A DNA stretch of 64,000 nt from Batkoa obscura (GCA_030770535.1 JASVEC010000022.1:682001-746000), one strand, 5' to 3'. Numbered from the stretch's first letter, positions 25,515 to 40,786 are shown. Notes: a model not told the origin generated them from the letters alone. Made by a program: numbers and translations.

Positions 25515-26446
25515 ATGTCCACTGAACAAGATACTAAAATTGATAACACCATTGGTAACCAAGAAGTTTTGTTAAAATTTAATGCTGCTTCAACAATTGC
25601 TCAAAGTACATTTTTGCTTTCTTTTTTATCGCTATCTGTTTATTAACTTAATTATTAGATGCTTTAGCTCACGTTGTTGAACACTCTAAAGAGGGTGCTA
25701 AAATTATAGACTTATGTAAATTAGGTGATGAATTCATTGTAGACGCTACTTCAAAAATATTCAAAGACAAAAAAAAGATGTCTAAAGGTATTGCTTTCCC
25801 AACCTGTATTTCCCTTAACAACTTAGCTTGTCACGTTTCCCCACTTGAATCTGACCCTGAAGCTACTATTGAACTTAAAAAGGGTGATTTAGTTAAAATG
25901 TAAGTTATAGTACTTCCTTCTTTAAATAAGGTATTAAATAAAGTTAGTGAACTTGGTGCCCAAATCGATGGCTTTCCAGGTCTTATTTGCCACTCTTTCG
26001 TAGTTGGAGCTTCAAAGGTTTTTTTATTTTTTTATTTATTGATAAATGTTTAATTTTCCAAATAGGAAGAACCAGCTACAGGAAAAAATGCAGATACCAT
26101 TTTAGCAGCCCATTATGCCGTTGAAGCAGCTTATCGTTTATTACGTCCACAAAATAAGGTAATTAAATTTATATTAGTTTAATAATTCTTTTGTTAAATA
26201 TTTATGAAAATAGAACTCTCAAGTTACTGAAATTGTACAAAAAGTATGTGAAGTTTATGGCACTAAACCAGCTGAAGGTATGCTTTCTTATCAATTAGAA
26301 AAAGATTTCCCAGATAATACCAAACAAATTATCCTTAACCCAAATGATGCTCAACGTAGTAGCTTCAAAACAGTTGCTTTTGAAGAAAATGAAGTTTATG
26401 CTTTAGTTGTTGTTGTTTCATCTGGTGATGGAAAGGTAGACTTTTA

Positions 26447-26477
<31 letters not shown>

Positions 26478-26910
26478 TATTCTTTATTATTAGCTCAAAG
26501 AATCTGGTTTAAGAACTACTGTTTATAAACGTACTGAATCTAGCTATCAACTTAAAATGAAAGCTGCCCGTACTGTTAATAGTGAAATCAAGAAATTCGG
26601 TAAATTCCCATTTTCACTTCGAGCACTTGAAGATGAAAGAAATGCACGTATGGGTATTGTTGAATGTGCAAGATCAGGTATTGTTAATAAATACGATATT
26701 GTTGGAGAAAAACAAGGAGAAGTGGTTGCTTCTTTTATGTATACAGTTATGGTCACTCCAAAAGGAAATGTTCGTACTACTACTTTCCCACTTGATCTCG
26801 ATGCTTATAAATCAGAAAAGAAAATTGAAGATCAAGAATTACTTAAACTTCTTGAAACTTCAGTTGATAAACCAAAGAAAGTTAAAAAACCAAAGGCTCC
26901 AAAAGCTTAA
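25515..26910 (+). CDS. PA2G4/Ebp1 (Cdb4 curved DNA-binding protein), peptidase M24 fold, multi-exon
   Basis: Spliced KGIAFPTCISLNNLACHVSP, ELGAQIDGF, YQLKMKAAR, FPFSLRALEDE..ARMGIVEC, and a Lys-rich tail. Confidence 0.9.
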
Positions 26911-27410
26911 GTTTTATTAAAGTCAATTTAATAGAAGGTTGAAGTTGATTTTATTTTTTAAGTTTATTTTAATGTCGCTTTTTATTTATTTATTTATTAG
27001 ATTTTGTTTTTTATGTTATTTTACTTAGATATTAATATACTATTAAATTATATAGTTATTAAATATACTCACCATTATTACACATTGTTACTATCTTTTA
27101 TATTAGAATATTTCGATTCAACCCTTTTGATGTTTTTTATAGTATAAATAAAAAGTATTTTCTAAACAACTTTTATTATGTTGAAACATTGTATTTATTT
27201 TAATCTCTGACAAGCATATAGAATTGAAAGATCTAATATTAAACAAATATTCAAGTATTTTATTCAAGCTAGTATTAATGTTTTTTGTAACTTATTGTAA
27301 AGGGCTAGTTCCTCTTCACTATACATAATAAATACAAAATACAATTAAACGGTAATAGGACTATACTTAATGATTTGATTATCTGAGATTAAGAGAACTT
27401 GAATTTAATA

Positions 27411-27507
27411 AGGGGGCTGTTTTTTTTAGTTTCATTATTTTTCCATTTTTAAGTGCTATTTGAGTGGAAAGATGTAGTAAAATTCTTAAATAAAAAATAC
27501 ATCCCCA
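27411..27507 (+). mobile_element. ~100-bp MITE copy
   Basis: Family core, ends TACATCCCCA. Confidence 0.8.
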
Positions 27508-30156
27508 ATTTTATATTAAATTAGTAAGTATTTCTTTTAGAATTGATAAATTCAAAAATTGTCTACTAATTGAAGGAACCCAAACTTAAGCATTTGACAA
27601 AAATAAAAACAAAAACTGCCATTTAATGATTTTCTATTACAATATCTATAATCAGTAAGTTTAATAGAATTTTATTTAATCCTATAACTTCTAATTTCTT
27701 TGAATCACCCAAAATTTTAACATTATCACACTCAAAATCTGTCTTGATGTTTAATTTTATAATCGAGATAAAGTTTCTGATATAATTAATTCCTGTGAAA
27801 AAAAATAAAACTATATTATCATAGACATGACATTCTTATTTTATTAAATTTTATCTTAACAACTTCTGGTAATAAAAAACTCTATCCTCAATAGCTTATT
27901 AATTTAAATAACTTTGATTCATTTATATTCGAACATTTACCACCATCTATCTTTAAATAAAAAAACTTATTCTACATGCTGAAATACTTCGAATTGCTCT
28001 AAATAGATTTTCATGAATTTGTTCTTTATAATATTAAATTGCTATAAAGATGTCTCATTTTCTCAAAAAAAAACTATTGATAAAAACTACTTGCTTTTAC
28101 AATTGATGAACTATAGCCTTTAGAAAAACATTGATAATTATAAACCGAATCAATGGAATTCTATTTGATAACTTTACAAATGATATTAAGTAAATATCAA
28201 CTCAAACAAGCCCAAACCAAATAACTCGACTAATAGAATTACTAAATTATTTCATATCATAAAATACCTGATAGTCTCTTAAATTTAACTGCCATATTGA
28301 AGTGTAGTTGTAATTGCCATGAAAGAAAGAAATGAATATTGAAATTTCAGAAATTATGATAAAAACTCCACTACTTATATAATTGCAAAAAATTCTCATT
28401 AATTCAAGAAAATGCAATCAAGTTGCTTAAAATGAAAAGAAAATGAATTAGGTTAATTCTATAAACCTAGTGAACTGATTAAAGGTTAGCTCAATTATTT
28501 TAATATGAATTGAAGGTTTGACTGATTGCTGTACTATTTGATATATGAGGCAAAAAATGCAAATTTATTGTATTAAATAACTTTAGTTTATACATTGAAT
28601 TAATGTTACTATATTTATGTTTAGAAGTAAATACTAAACGAATCCAAATATAGAGTTATTGTTATTATTAACCTAATATAATAGTTGATTAATGTAGTAA
28701 TTCGATATTATCATTTTGCTCCAATTTTACCTCAAAACAAACCAATGATTATGATTCCACTTGGTAACAAAAATAGTACAAAAGTTATTGTATTTAATAA
28801 AATAAAACTGGAACTAAGATATGATTATCAAATTCTAGTTTTTTATATTTTAATATCATAATGTTAAATAATTGAGAAAAAAACGTGATCATTATAGTAA
28901 GCCCATTGAAATTAGCATTAAGCTAAAATTCTTCATTTACTAAAATAAAAAGATTATTAAAAATTGAATTGCAACTTTTTAATACTTTTATTCTGTATCA
29001 TTGGAAACAAATTCCTATCTGTTAATTTGTAAAAATCAGCACAGTGGTGCCTTATCAAAGATATCGGAATTTAATTAAGGTAAATAAGATCAAGGGTTGA
29101 AGTAGTACGAATAAATTGTTCCATTTTGAGATTCAAAAACAATTTCATTCAAATTGAAATTAAAGTCAATTAAAAGGCATTTTCTAATCTAAAACTTTTA
29201 AGCAAAATCGATTACATTTAATTTATAATAGTTTTAAGTTAGGTAAGAAAAATCAGATTAACAGTTGATCAACAATAAGAATAGATTTTAGTAGTTTTTT
29301 CATACCTAAAGAATTTGATGTTTTGATCATTTAGTTTAAATTTAAATTTGAATATTTGGCAATCTAAGTTGTAATTTTGCACCATAATTATGATAAATAG
29401 AAGGAAAGATAAAGCGAAATTTTCAAATATACGCTATTAAACGATATTTATATTCAATCAGTATTTAATTTAATAAAGTGCAAAAACCGGTTGAAAATTA
29501 ATAAAGTCAATAGAATAGACAGTTTTACTATCTTTTGTTACCTAATTAAAAAGAGTATTGTATTATAAAGTTTTATAGAAAATTTAAAAATAGATTCAAA
29601 CATCCTGTTTTTTTAAATAAATCAAAAAGTAAAGTTGAAGGAATTCAAGAACATGGTCTAATAATCTCAAAGAATATCTAGCTAACTTATTTTTAAATAA
29701 ATCTAAAAATAAATATTAAAAGTTGTCATTAAGCACAATTTAATCCCTCTCAAGATTTATTTTCAATGTTCTTTAGTATTATCGCTTTATCTTATTGGCC
29801 TATTTTAGTATTAATCTGGCAACAAAACCTCAGCTTATAAAGCGATTAGAGCCAATGAAATTGTTAAGCTATATTTATACCAAATACTTTATTCTGTTGT
29901 AATCCAATAAATTTATCAAATAAATAACATTGCTTTTCAATATCAATCAACAAAAATTGATTGTTTTTAAAATCGTTAATATCACTTTTTGAATTCGATT
30001 TACTTTTCTGTTAGTAAAAATAAATTAAAGTTTGATAGGTAAGTACAATACATTAAGATATAACATTGTTTGACTTATAATATGTTAAAATTTTCAATCG
30101 ATATCTTATTCCTTTTCTGATTTTTTTAGTTAATACCAATTATTTAATAGAGATAA

Positions 30157-33100
30157 ATGTCAGTTCGAGTAAACTTAAACGCTTCGTCATCAGGTAATTA
30201 ATATGATTTTATTATCCTAAAGTCTTTTGTTAAACTTATTATTTAAAAAAAGGCTCAATACGGCTACCTACATTACCAGGAAACTGTTCTTCAGATGAAA
30301 GTTTTAAAACTGGAATTTTAGAACATCAACGAGTACTTGAAGAATATATTAATAAAAAATATATTGGTGGTTATTTAAGAAAAAAGAATGATTTAGGACC
30401 GGACAAAACACCATTTATTCAACGTAAATGGACAGATTGGTATGTGGAATTAAATGGGTCAAGTTTAATGTTCTGGTCAGTGAAAAGTCCAGAAAGTATT
30501 AATAAATTAGGTGCTATTAAGAAGAAGACACCTAATTTTATCAATATTATGGATTGTAATGTTTATACTACTAATGATGTTGAGGGAGCTGAATTTGTTT
30601 TTGTTTTAAATTCAGCAGGTGCTAATCGATTTTATTTTCAAACTAGAGATCAAAAGGAATTAAATGAATGGGTTTTAGCTCTTCGATTAGCTTGTTTTGA
30701 AAATTCATTAATCCAAGATTACTATACATCTCTAATATTAACTTCAGAAACTTTTTTACCTATTTTAAAACAAGAAAATCCAAGTTTATTTGAAGGATTC
30801 GTTGAGATTCGATGCTCAGGTACTTTAGAATGGTGTCGATTTTGGATGAATATTCATAAAAATCAATCAATCACATTTTCTCCATCAAAATATTCTAAAG
30901 ATTATTTCTTTTCAATTAATAATATTCATCAAGCTTATGCCATTTATCCGGATAAATTAGAATTAGTAGATCAATCTACAGTATTAAGAATTAATGGAGA
31001 AATTCATTGTCATAAAGATAAACAATTAGATAATACCTGTCCACCTTTTATTTTAATTATGGGGAATTCTCAATTTGAATTAACAACTATTTTATGTTCT
31101 ATTTTTGATTCTTTTAATCTTCATGATCGTCCAGAGAAATATAGTAATATTTCATTACCTCAACCAAATACTTGCTTATATTTCAATTTAAATGAAATAT
31201 CAGAACTAAATGTAATTGATATACCATTTATCGATACACGTCAACAATTGTTACAATTAACTCAACAGAAATTTAATAAAATGGAATTAATTCAAAATAA
31301 TCCCATATTATTAGATAATTTAGAAGATAATATTGAAGTTCAATCTATTATTGAAGAACCAGAAGAAAATGAATTTGAATCTCAAACGACATTTGAATCT
31401 ATTTCATCAAGAAATATACAAAATAATCATATTAATAAACCATTAGCCTCTGCTTTATCTCCAAAAAATAAACCAAAAGTAAGAAAAACATTTTCAGTTA
31501 AATGGAAAAAAAATGAAGAGGAGTCAAGTGAAGAAGAAGAAGAAGAAATCAAAAACAATAAGAATAAAAATGAAGTCAAAATGCAACAACAAACTAAGGA
31601 GAGTGATGATGATGATGATGACGATGATTTCCCAAGAATAAATAAATCAAAACCAATTAAATCATCTAGAAAATCATTAATAACTGCTCCAATAAGAAAA
31701 CAACAAATTGATTCTGATGAATCTTCGGATAATAATAATAATAATAATAATAATAAAGTAATAGAACAACCAATAACTCATCAACCAGTAATTCAACAAT
31801 TACCTTTATTACCCCAAGTTACTATTAAAGATGATAATGAATTAATTAATTCATTAAAAACAATGTCGTTATATGATTCATTACCAAAACAAACAGTATC
31901 AGTATCTAGACCAATATCCGATATTAATAATAATAGTAATAACAATAATCAACAACAACAACAAGGATCAAGACCAATTTCAATGAATAAAAGTAATTCA
32001 TCTAATGAGTCTATTAAAAAAGTATTAAATATCAAAAAGAATAAAAAAGTTGTTAAAAAATCTAACTTACCTGTTGATTCTGAATCTTCAAATGATGATA
32101 GAGATACTTCACCTATTAAAAATATTAAACAATATAATAATAATAATAATAATTTAAGAAATAGTAATACTCAAAATGATGATGATGATGATGATGATGC
32201 TCCTATTGGTATGAATCATTCAGCTACAATTGATCCATATAATCCACCTTATAATCCACAAATGATGCGACAATCTACTTATAATAATATGCAAATAGAA
32301 TATGGACCAGACGGTACACCTTATTATCTTAATGAATATAATCAATATTTACCACACCCACAATATTATGATAATAATAATAATCCAATGATAATGAATC
32401 CTTCTTTTGCCCAATATAATCCAAATTTACAAAGACCTTCTAATTTATTAGAAGCTCAAGATTATATGCGATATAATAATGATCCCATGATGCAACATCA
32501 AAAATATGGACCATTATTACAAATACCTAATAAGAAACAAAGTAAGCCATCTGGTGGATTAGTAGGAGCTATTTCAGCTATGGAAAAACAAAAAGCAGCT
32601 AACAAATATTCAAATTCAAATGCAAGACGATCTCAAATGGCTCATAATTCATATATTCAAGGGCAAGGTAATGAAAGAGAATCTACATTTGAAAGATTCA
32701 AAGAAAGACATTTAATGGAACAAAGAATTATGGCTACTCAATCTCAATTATTTTCTCCTGAATTTAATCAACATCAACAACAACAATATCCATTGAATCC
32801 TCAACACCATCAACAACAACAATCTTTAAATCAACGTACTCCTTATAATAATTTAAATGCTTCATTATCTGCGGGTTCATTTTATCATAATCCAACTAAT
32901 ATACATTCTTTACATTCACCTGGATCTCAAAATTATTTACCTCAACAAGAATTTAATAACATTAATGATATGCGTAACTCAACTTATCGTACAATGGATG
33001 ATTCTATGATTTATAATAATACTCATTCTATATATGGTCAACCTACTACAGTAAACCAACAAGCTAATTTATATCCCCCTCCATTAAGAAAAGAGAATTC

Positions 33101-33593
33101 ATATATTCAACCTAATTCAGATGAACAATTACCTTTACAATTAAATCATGAAGACCATGAAGAACAATCAGATGATGATGATGACAAACCAGTAGGAGCA
33201 TTAGCCAAACCATCAGCTAATCCTATGTTCTCTAAAGGAAGATATAGAGAACATACAGTGAATCAAATCAAATCAAGAAAAGAAGAAAGTGAAGATGAAA
33301 GTGAATCAGAACCTGAAATTGATGATGATATTCAAGAAGCATTTGATGAATTTGTTGATGCCAAATTGCAAATGAAACCATATGCTTATGAAGCACCTGA
33401 AAAAGTATATCAAGCGTTTCAAGATTGGTGTCAAGATGAAGATTGGGAATTAGAAGATTTACCTGATTTTAAAACTTTTAGTTTTATGATGATACAATCT
33501 GGTTTTGTTAAGAAAAAGAAACCAGTAAATTTAATATCGGATGTTCAATCTAATGAAGAAGATTGGTGGTATAATATTGCTGTGGTAGATTAA
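30157..33593 (+). CDS. Skg3/Caf120-like PH-domain protein with long N/Q/D low-complexity region
   Basis: ATG at 30157 and intron ~30194-30252. GYLRKKNDLGPD...RKWTDWYVELNGSSLMFW...PNFINI...LNSAGANRFYF...WVLALRLACFE, followed by a second PH-like block. Confidence 0.8.
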
Positions 33594-33757
33594 ATTTATC
33601 AAAGGAGAAGATGCGATAGTAGACAGTAGAAGGGAAGTTTAAGTTGTTTTTTCTATTATTTTTAAAAATTTTACTATTAAAAATAAAAAAATTGATATTA
33701 TTTTATAATTATTATTTTATTGAATTTATATTGATTTGAGATATTATAATGTTAATA

Positions 33758-33857
33758 TAGAGATGTATTTTTAGATTTAAGAAATTTGCTAACAATTTTT
33801 TCGCTTAAATAGTGCTTAAAAGATAGAAAAAGTGATTAAGTCAAAAATATACTCCCA
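33758..33857 (-). mobile_element. ~100-bp MITE copy
   Basis: Family core in reverse orientation, TA flanks. Confidence 0.75.
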
Positions 33858-34013
33858 TATGTTGAATTGACTTATTATAATCATTCTAATTTTTTAATAA
33901 TATAAACGATCTAAATTAATATTAAAATAGATAATAGTTGATTAATTAAAAATGTTTTTAATTTTATTAGTTCTATATTCGTACCAACTTATTTAAAATT
34001 TTAGTATCATTTA

Positions 34014-34905
34014 TTAAACAGCAAAAGCGAACACATTAACAGTACAAAAAAAACTGTCTTCTTGATGATTATAAATAATATGACCTAAAACAATAATAAA
34101 TAATTAAAATTAAATTAAATTAAAAATTAAAAACAAAATAGATAATATGAAGTAAAACTTACGATCTAATTCTTCATCACAAAAACAAGAGGATGCAGTT
34201 TGAAATCCAGCTTCTTTTTTTTCCATAATAGTACAAGTAACTAATAATACATATAGTATATAATTAGTATTGAATTAAACTAATATATTAATATATCGAA
34301 TTGTATTTCATATTCAATTATTTAAACGTTGTTGTGAAATAACATTTGGTGATGAATAAAAAGAATTGAACATGAATGAAATACTAAATCAAATTCTAAT
34401 ACTTCAATTTAAAATAAGCTTTCTCTCTTCAATTTCTCTTTATCATTAAATAATTAAAACTTACCTAAATATTTAATACTTTCAATTGGGAATGGTAATT
34501 TTAATGTTATTACTTTGGATAATACAAAATCAATTAATTTTGTTTGTAACTCTTTAATACGATGATGTTGATATTTTTCTCCTTTAAGGATAGTCAAGAT
34601 GCCCTAGAATATGATAGATTTGAGTTAATATTACTTGATTGATTTAATTACTTTGGTAGTTATGAATACATTATGAGTTTTGGAATTCCAAAATTATAGA
34701 AATGGCATTTTAAATTACGATGACTTACTTTTCGTATGATCTTTCGAATACTTTCTACATGTAAATTTTCCTAGAAATAAAAATTTATAAACTTAATTCT
34801 TTTTCAAAATGTATAAATTAATTTTATTACTTCCTTTTCTTCTTTTGTAATAGTGGTACTTTCTTTATTATTTAATATATCATCAATATTAAGATATAAG
34901 TCCAT
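34014..34905 (-). CDS. Tctex-1 family dynein light chain, 5 small exons (absent from ORF track)
   Basis: Exons 34905-34831, 34770-34729, 34603-34465, 34240-34163, 34084-34014 splice in frame to ...IRKIIRKGILTILKGEKYQH...KLPFPIESIKYLVTCTIMEKKEAGFQTASSCFCDEELD...SFFCTVNVFAFAV*. Confidence 0.85.
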
Positions 34906-35115
34906 TTTATTTTATCTTGAAGATAGAGTTTTTTGTTTTTTTGAATAAAAAAGAAATAAGTGATGAAATAATATTGAGATTTTTAATTTGAGTGGCTTGA
35001 AATTCCAATCAAAAAAAAAATTCTATTGATAAAAAAAAATCGATTATAAAAAAATAAAAAATACAAAATAGAATAAGTAGTTTATATTACAAATAAAATT
35101 CTAAAAAAACGTATA

Positions 35116-36003
35116 TTAACGTTTACTTAAATTAGTAGGAACTCCAAAGTTGCTCATTTTTTTACTTGTCTCTTTTCTTTTTTTAATGGATTTAATCTTC
35201 TCCTCTAGAAAAAAAGTAAATTAATAAACAATTTAATTCCAATATAAATTTAATGATATATATCATAATAAAGATAATGCTAATAACAACTTACCTAAAT
35301 CAAATGAATACTCATCTAGTTCATTACTCACTAATTCTAAATAATCGATTTGTCGACTGATATCATCAATTTGTTTAAGATAAGGTTCAAAATCAGAAAC
35401 TAAGATTTATATTAATAAAAATATTAATACAATTAAAATAAAAACAATGGTATCAATTAAAATGACTCTATAATAATAGTATGATAATTATTATTATTAT
35501 TATGGCTATATTAGTAGAATAGAACAAGATAAAATTAACTTACAAGCTTGATTCATCTTATGTCCATCTGCAATCAACTCTTGTGCAACTAAAGACATTT
35601 TATTAAATTGTTTAATAGACTCTTGATTAAAATTTTCAAGTAAATTAATATCATCTGTGGCCACTATAAAAAAAACTCTTTAGTATTTATATAAAATGGT
35701 TCTTGGTTTTGATTTAATCTTTTTAAAACATCCTAATTTTCTATTATTATTGTTATGAAAGTCAACCTTTAAATAAAACCAAGTAAACTTACATAATAAT
35801 TCACTATGAAAATACTCAGCTACTTTAGATATTGTTTTATCTGTTTCTTGTTTTATTGCTGATTTATAATTATCAAAAGTTTCTTTTTCACTGTTATTTA
35901 AAGATTGACTCTTCACTGTATCTTGTTTAATTTCCAAATCTGGTTTTTCTGGATGAGATATTGTTTTTGATCGTGTTCGAGTGTTTGTATTAGTATTGTT
36001 CAT
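35116..36003 (-). CDS. BLOC1S2: BLOC-1/BORC subunit 2 (BLOS2), 4 exons
   Basis: Spliced ISKVAEYFHSELLLATDDINLLENFN...FEPYLKQIDDISRQIDYLELVSNELDEYSFDLEEKIK matches the BLOC1S2 pattern. Confidence 0.8.
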
Positions 36004-36162
36004 AATTGAAATTACTTATTAATTTTATTGTTGTAATTGTTTTTTTATAGTAAAAGTGAGGATTAAATTGAATGAATATTAAAAAAAATTAAAATGTAAT
36101 TTACAATAAAAAAAGCTAACTAATTTTATCTATTTTTATATAAAAAAATAGAAACTAGGAAA

Positions 36163-36260
36163 TTGGAGTGTTTTTTTGACTTCATTACTTTTTCCATCTT
36201 TTAGTGCTATTTAAGCGGAAAATTTGTTAGTAAAATTCTTGAACATAAAATACATCCCCA
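36163..36260 (+). mobile_element. ~100-bp MITE copy
   Basis: Family core, ends TACATCCCCA. Confidence 0.8.
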
Positions 36261-36560
36261 AATACTAACATCGGTAAATTCAAAATATAAAATAAATCAG
36301 ATTAGTAAACTTTTATATTGAAGATAAAATGTTGACAAAATTAATGATTTTCTTTATGTTAATAGTTTAACTACAATCATCACTATTAAAAACAGGGATT
36401 CATTAAAAATATTCAACTAATTAATTAGCAAAATTTAATACACAATAATACTTTCTTTTTTATTTTAAACTCATAGTTAAACTTATCTTTAAGATAGACT
36501 AATTAATAGCTTATGATATCATATTAATTGATATCAAATCTTTGTTTATAATCACACATT

Positions 36561-39500
36561 TCATCTTCTAACTTTAAATTCTTTATCATTCCTGTCTTCA
36601 TCTTCCTGACCTCTCTCCCTTTTAATTTTGTTTGAGAATAATTGGACATAATTAGGTAAAGAATCGGTAACTTTTCTATCTGATTGAACTTTTTTTATTT
36701 TAGTAATAAAACAGTGATGGCATAATTTATGACATTGATTAGATTGTTCAATAAATGGCGAAAAATCCATGGAACTTAATTGGTTTAATTCTTCTTTTTG
36801 AAATCCGTTTTTAATAATGTACCACCAACATATCGACTCTTGAATTTCACAATTTAAACATGAATAGTTATTAAATAAAGTTTTCTTATACAATGTTTGA
36901 ATTATTGAATCGTTGATTTTATTAACTTCATTATCCTTGTTCTTTTGTTCTACTCTTGGATTTTCAAACTTACTTTTCAATGTTTTTGCAAGATAGGTTC
37001 TCCCTTCAGAATCCAGTTGTTTTAAATGAATTAAATTGGAATCTAATAATTCTACCTTATGTTTTTTACATACAATAGTAGTTGAATAATCTTCGTTTTT
37101 ATTTTCGACTTTTTCAAACCCAACAAATAAATCTTCTTTTTTTGCACAATATGTATGATAACAATCTTTACAATGTTTGCATTGAATTATAATACCCAAT
37201 TTGCTATCACATATATTACATACTGAATTGTTATCTGTTTGTTTCACTAATTGGCTTAGACCAATAATTTTATTTTCATTATTTATGAACAACTCATCTA
37301 ATAATCCAAAGCAGCTTAAATGAATCCAATTACCCATAGAAGTTGCTTTTAAATCATATTTATCTTCTTTCTTTTGATAGCATATTTTGCATATCGGATA
37401 TTTTGAATAAATTTGTTCTTCTAAATTATTACAATAATCACATAACCATGGAATTGTACTATCTTTTATTTGAAGCTGATTACTGCTATAACAATAAGAA
37501 TGTACTTTTAACTGACATTGGTTACAGATTAATTTCATATCTTTATTATTTATATCTCCAAAACAAGCGTTACATTCTACAATTTCATGATCCATATTGT
37601 TATTATTAACTTCCGTTGATTGTTGTTGAATTATATCTTTAGAACTACTCTGAACCAAAGGATCATGAAAATTATTTTCATTTTGATTAATAACTTCATT
37701 TCGATGTTCTTGTTTTAAACTACTAAAATTTCTCAATAATACGGATTTCGTTTCTAAATCTTTAACTGATAATTCTCCTTGATCAACATTAATTTCTTCA
37801 CTTGTTTCTGATTTTAAAGCATCTTCCTTATTAAATTTATTATCTTCATTATTAAATTTATTATCTTCATTATTTCCTTTATTTTCTTCTACTTTTATAT
37901 TTTCAACTATTTTACTACTTCTTTTTGCTTTAGGTTTTGTATTACTTTTACTTCCTTTTTCGTTCTTAACTGATACAGATTGCGAACGAACTGACACTTG
38001 ATCTAAAGATTCAGGCGGTAGTGAATTTTCATTAGATCCTTTACTACCGCCCTTTTTATTTGTCTTAAGTTTGATTGAAGCTGATGTACCTTTAGGAGTT
38101 GAACTTGATTTTTGAGTTAATGATTTATTCAATTTCTTTGCACCTTTTTTCTCTATAAAAAAATAAAAAATATCAACACCCAACTCATAATAAATTCAAA
38201 AACCTACTTACTATTCCCTAATCGATCATTATTTTGAGGAGGTACACCATAACGATATAAGTATTGAGCACAATTGGTACAAAAATATGATAATTCTTTA
38301 TTTTGTTTCGAAACATATTTAGGTACCTTTTCCCATTTACTTTGATCCGTTATTTCACAATTAGGACATATTTTTATAGTCGCTGTTACTTTACGTCGCT
38401 GACGGCCATCTTCTTCAATTTCTTCTTCATCACTCGTATCTCCATCTGGGATATACTCTAAATCATCTGGAAAAATTAAATTCATTAATTTTTTCCTTCG
38501 GGGTTTAAATTTAGTTCCTAATCTTGCTCTTTCTCTTTCTACATCCGCTTTCCAAATATAAAAGCGTTCTAATGCTCCTTTATCTGTCATTGATGGAAAC
38601 TAAATAAATCATAATTTACAAATTTAATTTTACATAATTAATAATAAATTAAGACTTACTTCAGCAGCAATTTTATCAAAATCTGGATGATATTTTAATA
38701 AAGCATTTTCAAATTGTTTTTCAGGTGCCAAATGAGCCTGATAATTATAATCTAGTGGAGATAATAATTTTAATTCTTTAATAACTTTTTCCTCATTAAA
38801 ATTAGTTTTATAAATTAAATAATATAATTTATCATTAAATTGATTAGAATGAGTGGGTATTGGCCAATTCATTGATTTGACTTTTTTAACTATTCTTTTT
38901 GTTAGTAATCGTTTCCTTAATGTGTTTGCAGTAAATAATATCGTTTGGTTTTTGCTGATGGGAAATAATTCTTTATCTAATTCTATTATTTATATTTATA
39001 TTAGTAAATATAGTAACAGTTCATACATGAATTATTACCTTCATCAAACTTAGGATCATCTAGTTTTTTTAACTCTTCTTCTTCTAGTTTTCCTTTTTCT
39101 TTAACTTGTTCATTAGTTAAAAAATAACGATATTCTTTATCCTCTTCTTTTTTGGTTTCATAATCATTATATCCTTTTTTGGGTATTGTTCTATCTGGTC
39201 CTTGATATTCTGGTATTTCAATTTGATGTGCTTTACCTACTGGTACTGGTGATGTATAATAAATATTACGACTTAGTTCTATAATTTTATAATATAAAAC
39301 AAATCAATATTTATTGATTAAAATGTCATAAAAATTTACCTGATCCATCCTCAATAGTAGTGTATTTACCATAGTAACGAATAGGCTGTAAATCCGTACA
39401 TCTAAGTTCAACTTGAGTAAATATTTCATTTGGATCTATAGAAAATTTCCATAAAAATTAACAATTAACTCTTATAAAAATTAGCTACTTACCAGCTAAA

Positions 39501-40337
39501 GCGCCTTGAAGTTCGGAGCCTTTACCTTTAGGGGAAGGGGGTAGTTCGGCTTGTTTTAATTTAGGTATAGTTTGACTAGGATCATTAAAATCGACGTTTG
39601 CTTTAGCTAAACAAGTGGAACATTGGAATAAAAAGCCTTTTGAAAATTTTCTAGTAACTTTAGGAACTGCACATTCTGGATGAAACGCTTTATCACAAAA
39701 CATACAACGTAAAGAGGTATTACTATGTAAAATAAATAAATTGATATCAATATTATTATATAAATTTAGCTAACCTTGGTGCCCATTTTTGACAGTTATC
39801 GCAGCTTCTTATAGCTTCTTGTAATTTTTTAACTTCACTTTTTTCAGCAAATATAAAAGTAAACATTTGTTTTAATTTCTCTAGAATATTTTCGGGTAAA
39901 TTAGTGATCATCTCAGTAGGTAAAACCTCCAACAAAATGGATCTAAACCTTTCATAAAATTGGGAAAAATAAAAATGATTTTCCAACTGTCTATAACTAT
40001 TAATATCGCTAATATAACTGACATGAGTGACCACACATTTACCAATGATATGCGAGATATGTATGACTTCGGTTGAATAGGTCATAAATAATAAATTAGG
40101 GTCATCTTTTGAGTTCCATTCACATCCCGTGTTAAATTTTCGATAAAAATGACATACTTCGAGATTAACATCTTTTTTACTTTTGGAGGGAAAGATATGT
40201 GTGATTCGAACTACTTGATAGAATTCACCTGGTTTAATAGCGGCTAAATATACACAGTCATTTACCTTGACGACGGAGCCATCTTTTAATGTAATTGATG
40301 GGGGGACTACTAATTCACTGTTGGCAAGAGTACTCAT
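36561..40337 (-). CDS. SNT2: Snt2-like chromatin protein (BAH, PHD, ELM2/SANT, GATA-like, PHD-ePHD), about 7 exons
   Basis: BAH (VKVNDCVYL...IIGKCVVTH...FYFSQFYER); PHD (C..C...FHPEC..P); ELM2-like VGKAHQIEIPEY; SANT-like FENALLKY; CPNC...CTNC; PHD VHSYCY...WLCDYC; ePHD WIHLSC...YHTYCA. Confidence 0.82.
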
Positions 40338-40686
40338 CTTTTGACGAAGGAAATTATGAGTAATATACTAAAGATTAAAAAATTAGAAATTAAAAAATTG
40401 ATTTTGTAAGTTTTATTGTTATGTATTTTTTTGGTTCTTAAAAATGAATGGTTTTTAGCTTATGCAAATTTAAACTATTAATTTAAATATTTATAAAAAA
40501 TTTAGAATGAGTAATTAAGAATATGAAGTTTATTAGACCTTATATATAATTTAAAATAATCCATTTTATTCACAGTATATTTCATAAGGTATATTATCTT
40601 AATATCTAAATATTTCTATTGCTACTAATTATTTTTATTAGCCAACCCAATTTAATATCAAAGTTAGACTTATGTAATCCACCATA

Positions 40687-40786
40687 TGGGGATGTTTTTT
40701 TTGACTTCATTACTTTTTCATCTTTTAAGCGCTATTTGAGTAGAAAAGTTGTTAGTAAAATTCTTAAACACAAAAATACATCCCCA
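40687..40786 (+). mobile_element. ~100-bp MITE copy with near-perfect TIRs
   Basis: TA|TGGGGATGT...ACATCCCCA|TA. Confidence 0.9.

Noticed and set aside
27540..28500. Coding-like composition suggesting a decayed gene
   Set aside because: The frames I read contain many stops and no recognisable motif.
31500..33320. Trinucleotide runs (AAT, GAT, CAA, GAA)
   Set aside because: Ordinary poly-N/D/Q/E low-complexity coding sequence within the PH-domain gene.
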